Position numbers and translations under genes: made by a program
DNA from: Bacteroidota bacterium
GTDB lineage: Bacteria; Bacteroidota; Bacteroidia; AKYH767-A; OLB10
Direction: 5' to 3'
DNA length: 64,000 nucleotides
Assembly (NCBI GenBank): GCA_016713925.1
Contig: JADJOH010000008.1
Location: 186,117-250,116, forward strand
In this document: positions 50,479 to 61,373 of the stretch, in pieces
How the letters are laid out: the number at the start of each line of letters is the position of its first letter
Numbering within the stretch: position 1 is the first letter of the stretch
The notes under the pieces: generated by a model
What the model saw: only the letters and a program-made list of their open reading frames with translations
Database searches by the model: none
Told to the model about the DNA's origin: nothing

Positions 50479-52674
50479 ATGTCATACCGTTCAAAGAGGA
50501 GAAATTTACGTCAGGTTCAGAAGCAAAGTATTTCCATGAGGAAAGTGGTCTTGGCTTTTAGTTTTGCAGCGATTGCCGGTGCTACATTTTTTATCATTAA
50601 TAATCTGGGCACTTCCGAATCCGCTTTAGCCAATCCCGGGAAGGATGGAACAAAAACGATTACCGCTTTAAATACAATAGTAAACGAATACACTACTCTT
50701 TCCTCCAATGTATCTGCAGGAGGTACCAGTTTGACTGTGGCATCATCTACATTGAATGCTAACAGTCGTTTTGCAGGTTCGCTCGCAGCGGGTGACCTGG
50801 TGCTTATCATTCAAATGCAGGGAGCTTCCATTTCCACATCTGATAATTCATCCTATGGTAGTGTTTCCAATTACAATAATTGCGGTCGTTATGAATTTGC
50901 AAAAGTAAGTGCACGACCTAATTCAACTACCATTACATTGGCCAATGGATTGAGGTATGGGTATACTTCTTCCGGCAAAGTGCAGGTGATTCGTGTTCCG
51001 CGTTACAGTGACTTGACCATTAACAATGGAGCCAGTATTACTTGTCCCGACTGGAATGGATCAACCGGTGGAATCGTAGCAGTAGAGTCTGCCAATAACA
51101 TTGCTTTGAATGGTAGTGTCAATGTTAATGGAAAAGGTTTCAGAGGCGGATCAATAGAACAAAATTCAAATTTACCCGGCAATGCTTCCAAACGTCGTTC
51201 TTCCGATTCAAATGAAGGTGCCGAAAAGGGAGAAAGCATTGCAGGTCTTGCATCCGCTCTTAGCAGTGGTGCATATTGTAGAAATGCACCGGCTAACGGT
51301 GGCGGAGGTGGGAACGCTCATAACTGCGCCGGTGGTGGTGGAGCGAATGCAGGAAGTCCGGCAGCATGGAATGGAAATGGAAATCCGGATAATTCAGTAG
51401 CCAACTGGACAACAGCATGGAATCTTGAATCGGCAGGCTTTGCCAACAATACATCTACAGGTGGCGGAAGAGGAGGATATTCGTATTCTTCGAATGATGG
51501 AAACGAACTTACCAGGGGACCCGGTCATTCTGATTGGGGTGGCGACAACCGTTTAAATGGCGGTGGCTTTGGAGGACGTCCTTTGGATTATAGTGGAGGA
51601 AGAATATTTATGGGCGGCGGAGGTGGTGCCGGAGATTCCAACAATGGAACAGGCACTCCCGGAGCTGATGGTGGAGGAATTGTTTTTCTCCTTGTTAAAA
51701 ACAATGTGAGTGGAACAGGATCCATACTCTCCAATGGAGATGCAGCACTGACGACAACAGGTCCCCAGGGGCGCGATGGAGCAGGCGGCGGCGGTGGTGG
51801 TGGTGCGGTGTTGATTTACAACCATACAGGTGCAACAAGTAGCATCAGCATTGAAGCGAAAGGAGGTGTTGGCGGTAGTCAGAATCTTACTACAGATGCT
51901 GAAGCAGAAGGTGCAGGCGGTGGCGGTGGCGGAGGTTATGTGGCCATTACAAATCTTCCGGCCATCAGTATTAGTGTTGCCGGTGGAGCGAACGGAACGT
52001 CTAATTCTTCTTCAGTAACCAACTTCACTCCAAATGGTGCAACGAAAGGTGGTCCCGGTGAAACGGCGACACTGCTCAGCACATTTAATCCCTACAGTGC
52101 GGGAAGTAGTCCACTGCCAGTAGTACTTACTTCATTTTCGTTAACGCCGGAAGAGAATGTAGTAAGAGTAAAGTGGACCACCTCCTCCGAAATCAATAAC
52201 GACTTCTTTAAAGTGGAACGCAGTTGGGATGCATATTCTTTTGAAGAGATTGGCAGAGTGAGTGGAGCAGGGAATAGTTCTGTCGCCCGCTCTTATACCT
52301 TCACCGATGATGAACCTTTCAACGGCACAAGCTATTATCGCCTCATACAAATTGACTATGACGGACAATCAGAAACTTTTGCTCCGCAGTCCGTCACCCG
52401 TACAACAGTTTTAACAGAGTTGAAAATAAACACTATCGGTCCCAATCCTTTTATTGATGAGTTGAGTATTCTCATGGAATTTCCGGAGTCCACCACTTTG
52501 CGGGCGGAATTGTTTACACAAGATGGAAAGAAAGTATGGGAAACCATGCAGGAAGTGAGTCAGGGCCGGCAATCTTTCACGTTAACACCGGATGTCACTA
52601 ACAGTGGCGTCTATCTGTTACGCCTTACCGACAGCAAGGACAATACTGTAGTGACGAGGTTGGTGAAGAAGTAG
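50479..52674 (+). CDS. glycine-rich T9SS substrate
   Basis: Basic N-terminus + hydrophobic segment; many GGGGG(A/S)G tracts; 'PLPVVLTSF...WTTSSEINNDFF' Ig-like domain; CTD 'IGPNPF...GVYLLRL'. Confidence 0.85.
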   Translation: MSYRSKRRNLRQVQKQSISMRKVVLAFSFAAIAGATFFIINNLGTSESALANPGKDGTKTITALNTIVNEYTTLSSNVSAGGTSLTVASSTLNANSRFAGSLAAGDLVLIIQMQGASISTSDNSSYGSVSNYNNCGRYEFAKVSARPNSTTITLANGLRYGYTSSGKVQVIRVPRYSDLTINNGASITCPDWNGSTGGIVAVESANNIALNGSVNVNGKGFRGGSIEQNSNLPGNASKRRSSDSNEGAEKGESIAGLASALSSGAYCRNAPANGGGGGNAHNCAGGGGANAGSPAAWNGNGNPDNSVANWTTAWNLESAGFANNTSTGGGRGGYSYSSNDGNELTRGPGHSDWGGDNRLNGGGFGGRPLDYSGGRIFMGGGGGAGDSNNGTGTPGADGGGIVFLLVKNNVSGTGSILSNGDAALTTTGPQGRDGAGGGGGGGAVLIYNHTGATSSISIEAKGGVGGSQNLTTDAEAEGAGGGGGGGYVAITNLPAISISVAGGANGTSNSSSVTNFTPNGATKGGPGETATLLSTFNPYSAGSSPLPVVLTSFSLTPEENVVRVKWTTSSEINNDFFKVERSWDAYSFEEIGRVSGAGNSSVARSYTFTDDEPFNGTSYYRLIQIDYDGQSETFAPQSVTRTTVLTELKINTIGPNPFIDELSILMEFPESTTLRAELFTQDGKKVWETMQEVSQGRQSFTLTPDVTNSGVYLLRLTDSKDNTVVTRLVKK

Positions 52675-52771
52675 ATTTCTACTGGATGAAAATCAATAGC
52701 ACAGGAAGAAATGGGTTTTAGGAAACTGCAGGTTAAACGTTGAGAAACTCGAGTTTTTTATGGAGATCTGG

Positions 52772-53725
52772 CTATTCACGGATTTTTATACATTTATATA
52801 TTGAACTATTGCGCCCATTAATAAATGTTGCGAAATAAATACCTTCGGAAAGTGTTTCCATGCCAATGCTCCCTTCTTTCGAATCAGTGGCCACGCTAAA
52901 TAGTAGTTTTCCCATGTAATCATACAATCTGATTTCTTCAAAGCGTTGATCAGATTTATAGTTTAAAAATCCCTGAACAGGATTTGGCCAAATGTTCACT
53001 TCAGCAGGTGCACTGTATTGGATTCCTGTCCATGTTTCGTTATAAAGCGAATCAGTGGTTACACATACATCATCTATAAAATAATAACCGGCGTTCGGAA
53101 ATCCGAAAACCACGGTGTCGGTATGCAATGAATCATAAAAATTTCCAAGACAGATGTACTGATAGGCAGAATCGGCAATGAACGAACCACTCAACCGCTG
53201 CCAGTTGATGGAATCAGTAACAATGGTATCAAATTTTAAATGAGCGAAGTTATCAATGGGCGCCGGATTAGCAATGGAATAAGGGTTTGTAAAAAGTCTT
53301 ATTCCTAAATTATTGGTGAGGTATCCTGTACCAAACTCCGTTGCAACGGTATAAAAAGACAGATAATATGTTGTTCCGATTTGCAGTGGAGAGAGTAATT
53401 GAGCACCACAAAATTCTCTGTAATTATTAGTAATTACTGACGTGTTGTTATGATAAGTTGCTAATCCGATATACCCTATTCCATTGTGCGGAACCTGATT
53501 GCCAAATTGCACTTTTGGCGGAGATAAATAGGGATTGGTACTGCATTGATGGAAAAAATCCGGTGATGTACTGTAGGAAGACCATCCTGTGGCTTTATGC
53601 GTCTCTCCCAAATTAACCGGACATACTACATAATTCTCAAAACCCGGATTAGGAACAAGATTTGTTTGTGCATTTGCACAGCGATTGAAAACAACCAAAC
53701 AGATAAAGATCACCAGGTTTTTCAT
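52772..53725 (-). CDS. T9SS substrate with galactose-binding-like domain
   Basis: 'QTNLVPNPGFE...CP', 'YYFIDDVCV', CTD 'IWPNPV...YDYMGK...EGIYF'. Confidence 0.85.
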   Translation of the reverse strand: MKNLVIFICLVVFNRCANAQTNLVPNPGFENYVVCPVNLGETHKATGWSSYSTSPDFFHQCSTNPYLSPPKVQFGNQVPHNGIGYIGLATYHNNTSVITNNYREFCGAQLLSPLQIGTTYYLSFYTVATEFGTGYLTNNLGIRLFTNPYSIANPAPIDNFAHLKFDTIVTDSINWQRLSGSFIADSAYQYICLGNFYDSLHTDTVVFGFPNAGYYFIDDVCVTTDSLYNETWTGIQYSAPAEVNIWPNPVQGFLNYKSDQRFEEIRLYDYMGKLLFSVATDSKEGSIGMETLSEGIYFATFINGRNSSIYKCIKIRE

Positions 53726-53897
53726 AATTCAATAATACCTATACTTCAAAGGTACAACAATATCAGTAATGATGACCTACGAATACACTCTATACTGTTT
53801 CACTAACGTATTATATATTCCTGATTGCCACTTTATAAGAATCATCAGTTAACAATGCTTAAAGAAGTGTAAAAAGGGAATGCCTTTTAAAAACAGG

Positions 53898-53928
53898 AAT
53901 CCCGCCTCCGGGAAATAGAGGCGGGATT
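53898..53928 (-). terminator. rho-independent terminator
   Basis: aatcccgcctc/gaggcgggatt perfect 11-bp stem downstream of the 53964 stop. Confidence 0.75.
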
Positions 53929-53963
53929 GAAACCTGTAATCTAACCAATAAACAATAATTATA

Positions 53964-56171
53964 CTATCTTACCAGACGACCGCTCCAGGCATTCTGTTCG
54001 TTTTGTACAATGATCATATAGGCCCCTGGTGCAAGGTTGGATACATCCATTGTAATGGCTCCTTGCTCTATGTTTTGCAGGGTCTCTTTTTTAACTATTC
54101 TTCCTTGTAACGTGTACACCTGTACTTCAAAATTTCCCGCTGCTGCTGATGGAAGACTGATATTGATGATGTCTTTTGCAGGATTAGGACTGATGTTTAA
54201 GGATGGTCCTGCTGTACTCAGTAATTCGGCTATTCCGGTGGTGGTGTTGCCAATCATCACTTCTGCCATTGGAGTTAAAATAGGGAGGTTGTTGTCGAAA
54301 TAAATTCTTGCTTCATTGGAGATGAGCGTACCTACCGGAAGAGTTGGATAGGGCGTTGCACGCAGGATGATGTAACCCTTGCTGTTCACGGGATCAACAC
54401 TATTTGGTGTGAGGTTGATGTTATTGAAGGAGAATTCTAACTCACGTGGGTAGAATATTCTGCTGGAATAACTATGACTGGAGGCAAGTACTTCAACCGT
54501 GTTCAGCATTAATTCGGTCGGTAAAACATCGGTAATGCGTACCGTTAGTGCATTGGCGGTTCCGGTATTTTCAAAGTCAATGCGGTAGGTGATGGGTTCC
54601 CCGGCAATGACGGAAGATTGTGGAATGGTGCCACTTGGGAATGCTGATTTTATATTGGGGTCGAAGGAATTAATAACTCGTGCCCAGCCATCTGACGTAT
54701 TGTTCGAGATGTCAATATCTGTTCCCGGTGTTACTGTAAGTCCTGCCTGAAAATAAACAGAATCACCAATCACGAGTCCACTGTCTGCTTTTACATAAAC
54801 GATGATGTCATAATTTTGTAACGGAAACAAAGTGGGCAATGTCCAGGTGAGTGTGTTTCCACTAACTGAAGATGGAGTGATGGAAGTACTATCCACCGCT
54901 ACACTATCGGGCATGATAAAAGTAACCACCCCTCCGGCATTATCACTGCCGTTATTTTTTACATCGATGTTCACCAATGTGCGGATGGTGGGGCGAACGG
55001 GTGCCGCGTTCAATGTGATCTCCATTTCAGTGGTTCCCGGAACCGGCACTAGCGCAAAATCATTGGCATTGGAAATATTGCCCGCAGCACTAAAATTAAA
55101 ATTATACGAATTCGGATTCACAGTAAACCATGCAGCGATATTTGCCAAATCCACCGTATGTGGTCCGGTGCCAATGTACATGGAGTAGAGTCCGGTGGGA
55201 TCAGTGATGTTATAGGCGTAAAAAGGATTGGACTGCACAAACTCATTCGCAACGCCGTATTCATTCACATCCTTGTTTCCGTTATTATTAGCATCTACGT
55301 ATACGGTACCCGTTACAATGCTGGGGTTGTTGATACCATCTACAATCATCACGTTGATGTCACGCATGGTGGTACCAATCAGCACTCCGTTTCTGTATTC
55401 AGAAGCCAGCACGACCAAAACACCCTGTTGAAGAAGAACGGGTGTGAATGAAGATACGCCGGTGGTTGAATCAAAAAAGATGGGTGCATTGGTAGCAATA
55501 AATTGATTCGGGGAGTAAGGCCCAAAATATCCAATGGGGAAGGGGTTATAACTGGATACGTTTTGATTATCCCTTGGACCAATCAGAGAATACACAATAC
55601 TGTCTCCGTCTGGTTCAATAGCGGTGTTCGGATAAACTGCTGGCTGGTTGAGGCAGAAAATCGGAACATTCAATGTGTTGAAGTCAGGCAAACTATTCGT
55701 CGGATAATTGAGATTATCCAACGTAGCTTCGCAAAAGGCACCGGCACTAGTAGGATTATTAATCGTGCTTATGGCCGCGCTCCTGCAACATTCGGAAATC
55801 CAGAATTTCCAGTTGTCACTGGCATTGGGAAGGACAATGGTATCCGCAAATTCAGTGATCTGAATGCCAAAGCCATTCGAACAAAGGAAAGGAACGGTTG
55901 GCGCACAGGTAAAGACCGGCATGATCTGCTGATTAACGATCGGCAGAGTAACCCAATAGAGCGAGCTTCCGGTTCCCACTGAGTCTGAATAGAAGACTTG
56001 AAGACTGGTCGGAGAAGGAATCCCGGCACAATCGCGGTACATGTAACCCTTTAATACGTAGGTGTTTGGGCTACCGGCATACTGGAGCGTAATCGACTGA
56101 CAGAGAATGTGTGAGGCATTGGCTTGCCAGCTTAATAGCAATGCCAGAAGAAGGAATAATTGTTTTTTCAT
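53964..56171 (-). CDS. T9SS substrate with DUF11/DUF7619-like Ig domains
   Basis: 'ASHI...ITLQY...YRDC', 'SECCR', 'NSFDPNIK...YRIDFENTG.A.A..VRITD', CTD 'ISPNPAK...GAYMI'. Confidence 0.88.
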   Translation of the reverse strand: MKKQLFLLLALLLSWQANASHILCQSITLQYAGSPNTYVLKGYMYRDCAGIPSPTSLQVFYSDSVGTGSSLYWVTLPIVNQQIMPVFTCAPTVPFLCSNGFGIQITEFADTIVLPNASDNWKFWISECCRSAAISTINNPTSAGAFCEATLDNLNYPTNSLPDFNTLNVPIFCLNQPAVYPNTAIEPDGDSIVYSLIGPRDNQNVSSYNPFPIGYFGPYSPNQFIATNAPIFFDSTTGVSSFTPVLLQQGVLVVLASEYRNGVLIGTTMRDINVMIVDGINNPSIVTGTVYVDANNNGNKDVNEYGVANEFVQSNPFYAYNITDPTGLYSMYIGTGPHTVDLANIAAWFTVNPNSYNFNFSAAGNISNANDFALVPVPGTTEMEITLNAAPVRPTIRTLVNIDVKNNGSDNAGGVVTFIMPDSVAVDSTSITPSSVSGNTLTWTLPTLFPLQNYDIIVYVKADSGLVIGDSVYFQAGLTVTPGTDIDISNNTSDGWARVINSFDPNIKSAFPSGTIPQSSVIAGEPITYRIDFENTGTANALTVRITDVLPTELMLNTVEVLASSHSYSSRIFYPRELEFSFNNINLTPNSVDPVNSKGYIILRATPYPTLPVGTLISNEARIYFDNNLPILTPMAEVMIGNTTTGIAELLSTAGPSLNISPNPAKDIINISLPSAAAGNFEVQVYTLQGRIVKKETLQNIEQGAITMDVSNLAPGAYMIIVQNEQNAWSGRLVR

Positions 56172-56335
56172 AGGTGTTTTTTGGATTTTGGTCAACGTAT
56201 AAGAGCAGATGCAAAATCTCCCGAAATGGTTGCATGTGATGTAAAATTCCCGTTAAAATGAAAGAAAAATCATATTAATCATTGTAAAGTACAAGAAGAA
56301 GTCTCCTGTTCCCGGGATCTAATCCAAGACATTCT

Positions 56336-58603
56336 CTAATACACAAGTATTTCCGAAACAAACATCCATCCGTCTTCTCCGGCTCCTGCACTGCCTTCAG
56401 GGTTCTTCCCAATGCTTTGGATAGTAAATTTCAGAAGTTGTGCTTCTCCATCCACCGGAATAACGGCTCGATTGACAGCTTTGTCTTTCGTGATTTGACG
56501 AAACTGCACTTCTTCCTTTCCAATGTTGTATAGAATAGCACCGGGAGCATGTATCCAACTCACGGGATCATGCAGGTAGACGAAAACAATACTGTCTATT
56601 TTTTTTGTGCTGCCCAGATCAATTTCAATCACTCCGTCTTTACCAATCCAGCCTACCCAGTGCTTTCCTGTCCAGGGATAATCGCCGGTGATGCCATCGC
56701 ATAAAGTAGCTGCCGGATTTGCATAATTGCGATCGCCTTTTACGAGCAGTTGTACATTTGCACCGGTAGATTTTGAAAACTCAAAAGGAAAAATCAGTTC
56801 ATGGGTTTTGTTTTTATAGCTGCTTCGCACAATAAAATCTCCACTCTCCTGAATGATCACCGGTTGTTGATACTTTTTAAAAGTCGTTAATCCATCACCG
56901 TTACGAAAGGCGGTTTCGATATCCTGCTGAATTCTTGAGACCAGACTTAATTCAAGAGAGGGTTTGTTTTTCCCGGAGGATATCTTCAAGGAGGGTCGCA
57001 TCCAGGTGGTGGAGTAATTTACGTGAAACTGATCCAGCAAGGATTGATGGGATAACAATCTTTTATAAAATTTAGCTTCATCATGAAAGACCGTATCGGT
57101 CCAGAGGACTTCAGAGAGTGCACAAAGACGGGGCAAGAGCATATACTCCACCTGCTTTACATCGTACAAATACTCAGACCATAAATTTGCCTGCGCGCCG
57201 AGGATGTACTTTGCTTCTTCTATATTCAATGAATCGGGGATGGGGCGGAAGGAGTACACTTTTTACAATGGGGTGAATCCACCGAATGCCAATGGTTCTG
57301 ATGCCCGCTCGCCCTGATAATGATCAAAATAGCAATGTGTGCCCGGCGTCATGATAGCATCATGTCCGGATTTAGCTGCGGCGATACCACCGCTGATACC
57401 CTGCCAGCTCATCACCGTGGCATTGGGTGCAAGGCCGCCTTCCAAAATTTCATCCCAGCCGATAATCTTTCTTCCTTTACTGTTCAGAAATTTTTCGATC
57501 CGCTGAATAAAATAACTCTGCAATTCATGTTCATCACGCAGGTTGTTGGCATAGCGCGTCTCGATGCATTTCGGACAGACCTTCCAGCGCGTTTTCGGAC
57601 ATTCATCTCCACCGATATGAATGTATTTTGATGGAAACAGTCCGATCACTTCCGTGAGAATATCTTCCAGAAAAGTAAATGTGGAATCTTTCACACAAAA
57701 GACATCGTCAAAAACACCCCATCCTTTGGCGACCTCTTTCACATCTCCTGTACAGGAATATTCAGGATAAGCTGCGAGTGCCGCCCTCGCATGTCCGGGC
57801 ATTTCTATTTCCGGAATGATGTTGATCTTTCGTTGTTCCGCATACGCCACCACTTCACGGATATCATCCTGCGTAAAAAAACCACCGTATCGCAAGCTGT
57901 CGAACTGCTGGTTGCGGTAGGGGCCTACCATACTTCCGTTCCTCCAGCCACCGATTTCAGTCAGCTTCGGATATTTTTTAATTTCAATCCGCCAGCCTTG
58001 ATCATCGGTGAGGTGCCAGTGAAAATTGTTCATCTTGTGCAATGCGATCAGATCGATGTACCGCTTCACAAATTCCTTCGGCATAAAATGCCGGCATACA
58101 TCGAGGTGCACACCACGATAGGCAAACTTCGGTTGATCGACAATCACCAGACAAGGAATTTTATTTTCGGTTTTCCCGGCATGAAAGAGCAATTGCAGGA
58201 GGGTAGAACTGCCGCGCACAAGTCCTGCAGCACTTCCTTCCAGTACGATTCCGTTTTTCTTTACGGCAATGCGGTACTTCTCTGTAGTATCTTCTGCAAG
58301 AAGGGAAATCGCGATGTAATGATCTTTACGTCCTACTGTTTCAACTATCGGTAGTGCATAGCCGAGGGCCGTCTTCATCCAATCGTTTAACAGGACTGCA
58401 AATTGTCTGGATGAACTACTGCTCGCCAATAATTTTGTTTCCGGAGCTATTTTGAAGTGCCCTTTCTTATAGGCAATGCTGTTAGGAAGCGGTATTAAGT
58501 TTACTTTCTCTCCGGAATAAACTTTTGTATTCATGAGTACGAAAAGAAAAGTGACTGTCCACAGAAAACAATGAGAACTTCTATTTAATATTTCATTACA
58601 CAT
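56336..58603 (-). pseudogene. GH20 beta-N-acetylhexosaminidase interrupted by an in-frame TAA (57263-57265)
   Basis: 'YRGVHLDVCRHF', 'HWHLTDDQGWR', 'HIGGDEC', 'GAQANLWSE'. Both ORF halves are in the same frame (TPL*KVYSF). May be a base-call error. Confidence 0.85.
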
Positions 58604-58618
58604 GGTGTTTTATTTAAC

Positions 58619-58725
58619 GCAACGTTCGCTACGGTAGAGCAGCGGACGCAACGGGTAGTTGGTATGTTTAAACCTGCCGGCAGGAAGGCGCAACGTGCTT
58701 TTCGGTAAAGCAGCGGACGCAATGG
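58619..58725. repeat. ~35-bp direct repeat pair bracketing a CCTGCCGGCAGG palindrome
   Basis: cggtagagcagcggacgcaa (58632) and cggtaaagcagcggacgcaa (58703); palindrome at 58673-58684. Confidence 0.7.
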
Positions 58726-58732
58726 TTATTTC

Positions 58733-60178
58733 TTAATGTGATGCCTTAGCAGTGTCATAGTGAATTCCCCGGGCAGCGAGAATATGCTGTACTTTCCATC
58801 CATAGAAGGCGAGATAAGCAAAACAAAGAATTCCTACTATATAACTCCATTGAATCCCCAGCAGATCATCTGAAGCCAGCCATCCCTGCAACAAACTCAC
58901 AAATCCGCCACCCATAATCATCATGATGAGGAAGCTGGAACCTTCGTTGGTATGTTTACCGAGTCCTGCTATCGCCAGCGTAAAGATACAAGGCCAGAGG
59001 GTAGAACAAAAGAGACCAACGCTGATAAAGGCATATACACTCGTGAGTCCGTCGCTGAGAATACCAATGAGCAAAGCGGTTATTCCGCAGAAAGAGAAAA
59101 TCAACAATTGGCGGGCAGGATTACCTTTACTCAACAGATCAGCAATGATGATGATGATAATGACGAAAGCATACACATAAAATGGCGTAAGATCATTATT
59201 CGCGATCCTGTTGGCGAAGAGGAAGACACCGAAAGCGGCATAGGGAAGAATGAAATTCAGAAAGGTGCGGGTATTCTTCTTCAGATCAAATGCTCCTACT
59301 GCGCCTGTCCAGCGTCCAATCATCAGACTCGCCCAGAACAAGGAGACATAGGGTGCGATTTCGTTTGTAGGCGTATTCAGATGGATGCGCATGAATTCAG
59401 GAAGGTTAGAAGCTGTTGAAACTTCCACTCCCACATAGAGGAAGATCGCGATCATTCCCATCCATAACTGTGGGTAGGACAATGCGGATCCGGCTTCCTT
59501 CGCCGATTTATTTTGCACATCGGGAACTGTCTCTTCATGATGAATTTGATTCGGCAATGACGAGAAACGAAAAATAATGGCAACAATTACAAAGGCTGCA
59601 CCCAGCATAAGGTAAGGTCCTTTCACAGCAGAAAGAGATTCCAGATGCTCCCCTGCTTTCAACGAACCGAAAATCGCAAAGCTCACGATGATGGGTCCGA
59701 TGGTTGTCCCGATATTATTAATCCCACCGGCCAGACTCAACCGTTGCGCCCCTTTCTTAGGATCTCCAATGGTGATGGCGAGAGGATTGGCGGCTGTTTG
59801 TTGTAAAGAAAAACCCAATCCTACAATAAAGAGACCGGAAATCATCAAGCCAAAAGAAGAAGATTCCGCAGCCGGGAAGAACAACAAGGTGCCCAATGCA
59901 GAAATAACCAACCCCAGTGCAATGCCATTCTTATACCCAATGCGATTTAAAATATCACCCCCTGTCGCTTTCGACATAAAATAATAAATCAGCGATCCCA
60001 CGGTATAAGCAACATAAAATGCAAAAGAAATCATCTGACTCTGCCATTGCTCCAGATTCAGTTTCTCTTTAAATACAGGAATCAGAATATCATTACTGGC
60101 GGCCACAAACCCCCAAAAGAAGAAAACAGAAATCAGAATAGGAAGGGCAGCAGCGGAACGGTTAGGTTGGTTATACAT
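58733..60178 (-). CDS. FucP/GluP-family MFS sugar transporter
   Basis: 'FFFWGFVAASNDILIP', 'QQTAANP', 'FLYVGVEV', 'SFLIMMIMGG'. True start at 60178; the longer ORF call reads through repeats. Confidence 0.92.
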   Translation of the reverse strand: MYNQPNRSAAALPILISVFFFWGFVAASNDILIPVFKEKLNLEQWQSQMISFAFYVAYTVGSLIYYFMSKATGGDILNRIGYKNGIALGLVISALGTLLFFPAAESSSFGLMISGLFIVGLGFSLQQTAANPLAITIGDPKKGAQRLSLAGGINNIGTTIGPIIVSFAIFGSLKAGEHLESLSAVKGPYLMLGAAFVIVAIIFRFSSLPNQIHHEETVPDVQNKSAKEAGSALSYPQLWMGMIAIFLYVGVEVSTASNLPEFMRIHLNTPTNEIAPYVSLFWASLMIGRWTGAVGAFDLKKNTRTFLNFILPYAAFGVFLFANRIANNDLTPFYVYAFVIIIIIIADLLSKGNPARQLLIFSFCGITALLIGILSDGLTSVYAFISVGLFCSTLWPCIFTLAIAGLGKHTNEGSSFLIMMIMGGGFVSLLQGWLASDDLLGIQWSYIVGILCFAYLAFYGWKVQHILAARGIHYDTAKASH

Positions 60179-60213
60179 AATAGGTTTGAGGTGCTGAAAA
60201 TAGAAAAAAATCT

Positions 60214-60690
60214 GTAATGACAGGTCGCGACCTGTCACCACACGACCTGTCACCACACGGCCTGTCACCACACGACCTGTCACCACACGACCTGTCACCA
60301 CACGATCTGTCACCACACCCACGACCTGTCTCTACAACCACGACGTGTCACTACACCCCGGTCATCATCGTAAGGACAGGCCGCGACCTGTCCCTACAAC
60401 CACCACCTCTCCCTACAACCACGACGTGTCACCACAACCACGACCAGTCACCACAACCACGACCTGTCCCTACACCCCGGTCATCATCGTAAGGACAGGT
60501 CGCGACCTGTCCCTACACCCACGACCTGTCCCTATAATGACCTGTGACCACCATCCTGATCATCGTTGTAAGGACAGGTCGCGACCTGTCCCTACACCCA
60601 CGACCTATCCCTACACCCACGACCTATCCCTACACCCACGACCTGTCACTACAACCACGACCTGTCACTACCGCGACCTGTGACTACTGC
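60214..60690. repeat. REP array: four full GACAGGT/CCGCGACCTGTC palindromes plus many CACGACCTGTC half-sites
   Basis: Full copies at 60214, 60370, 60489 and 60568; five tandem 15-mers CACGACCTGTCACCA at 60241-60315. Confidence 0.92.
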
Positions 60691-61164
60691 GGCTTGTGGT
60701 ATTTTTTCCATCCACCGTTTCGGATTTAACCGGATATAGTTTTTCATACAAATAAATGCTGATTCGTTTCGGACGATATGATCATGAAAGGAACGATGCC
60801 ATTCAAAATCATGTACACCAGCCAGATGAATATATTTTGAGGTAGTGGTTTTATATGCACCCATCAATTCGGACAGGCTTTTGATCTTTCCCTGATAGGA
60901 AGGTTCATCGGTAATTTCAAGGATTCCATGAATATGATCGGGCATTACTATGAAGCCGTGAGATTTGAGGTAAGGGTAAGTTTTAAGCAACCAATCCCAT
61001 TGCTGATCTACTATATGACCATAATCCGATAATACCATTTTGCTATCAAACACATTACCAAAGTAAGGCTTTCTGTATTTCACTATGGAAGTAATGAAGT
61101 ACCGATTGCATGATGAATAGTCGAATCCGGGTAGCCGATTCTTTTTACGGGTGAAATATTTCAT
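60649..61164 (-). mobile_element. REP-associated tyrosine transposase (RAYT, Y1/HUH family)
   Basis: 'RLPGFDYS...YFITS', HUH 'MPDHIHGIL', 'MGAYKTTTS', 'WHRSFHDHIVRN...YIRLNP'; abuts the REP array. Confidence 0.92.
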
Positions 61165-61373
61165 TAAATGGTTTTTATAAAATTGGTTTCGTTAAATATT
61201 AAATATGGATCTGTAAGTTTCCGTTGCAAAATTAATTGCGATTTCATGCAAATCTACCCTCCCTACCCCCACTTACCCTCCCACAAACGAATACAAATGT
61301 TTATTTCGGCTTATCCTGTATTTACTGTTATATATTTGCCTCATTCATTTTAAACACCTTTAAAATAATTGAT

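Noticed and set aside
57263-57265. Stop-codon reassignment or read-through
   Set aside because: It is a single instance; TAA terminates many genes normally in this window.
60214-60690. Possible CRISPR array or proteins (ORFs 60217-60492, 60345-60683, 60544-60729 and the VVTGR extension of the MFS ORF)
   Set aside because: The repeats are irregular REP palindromes and half-sites next to a RAYT; the ORFs are translations of repeat DNA.
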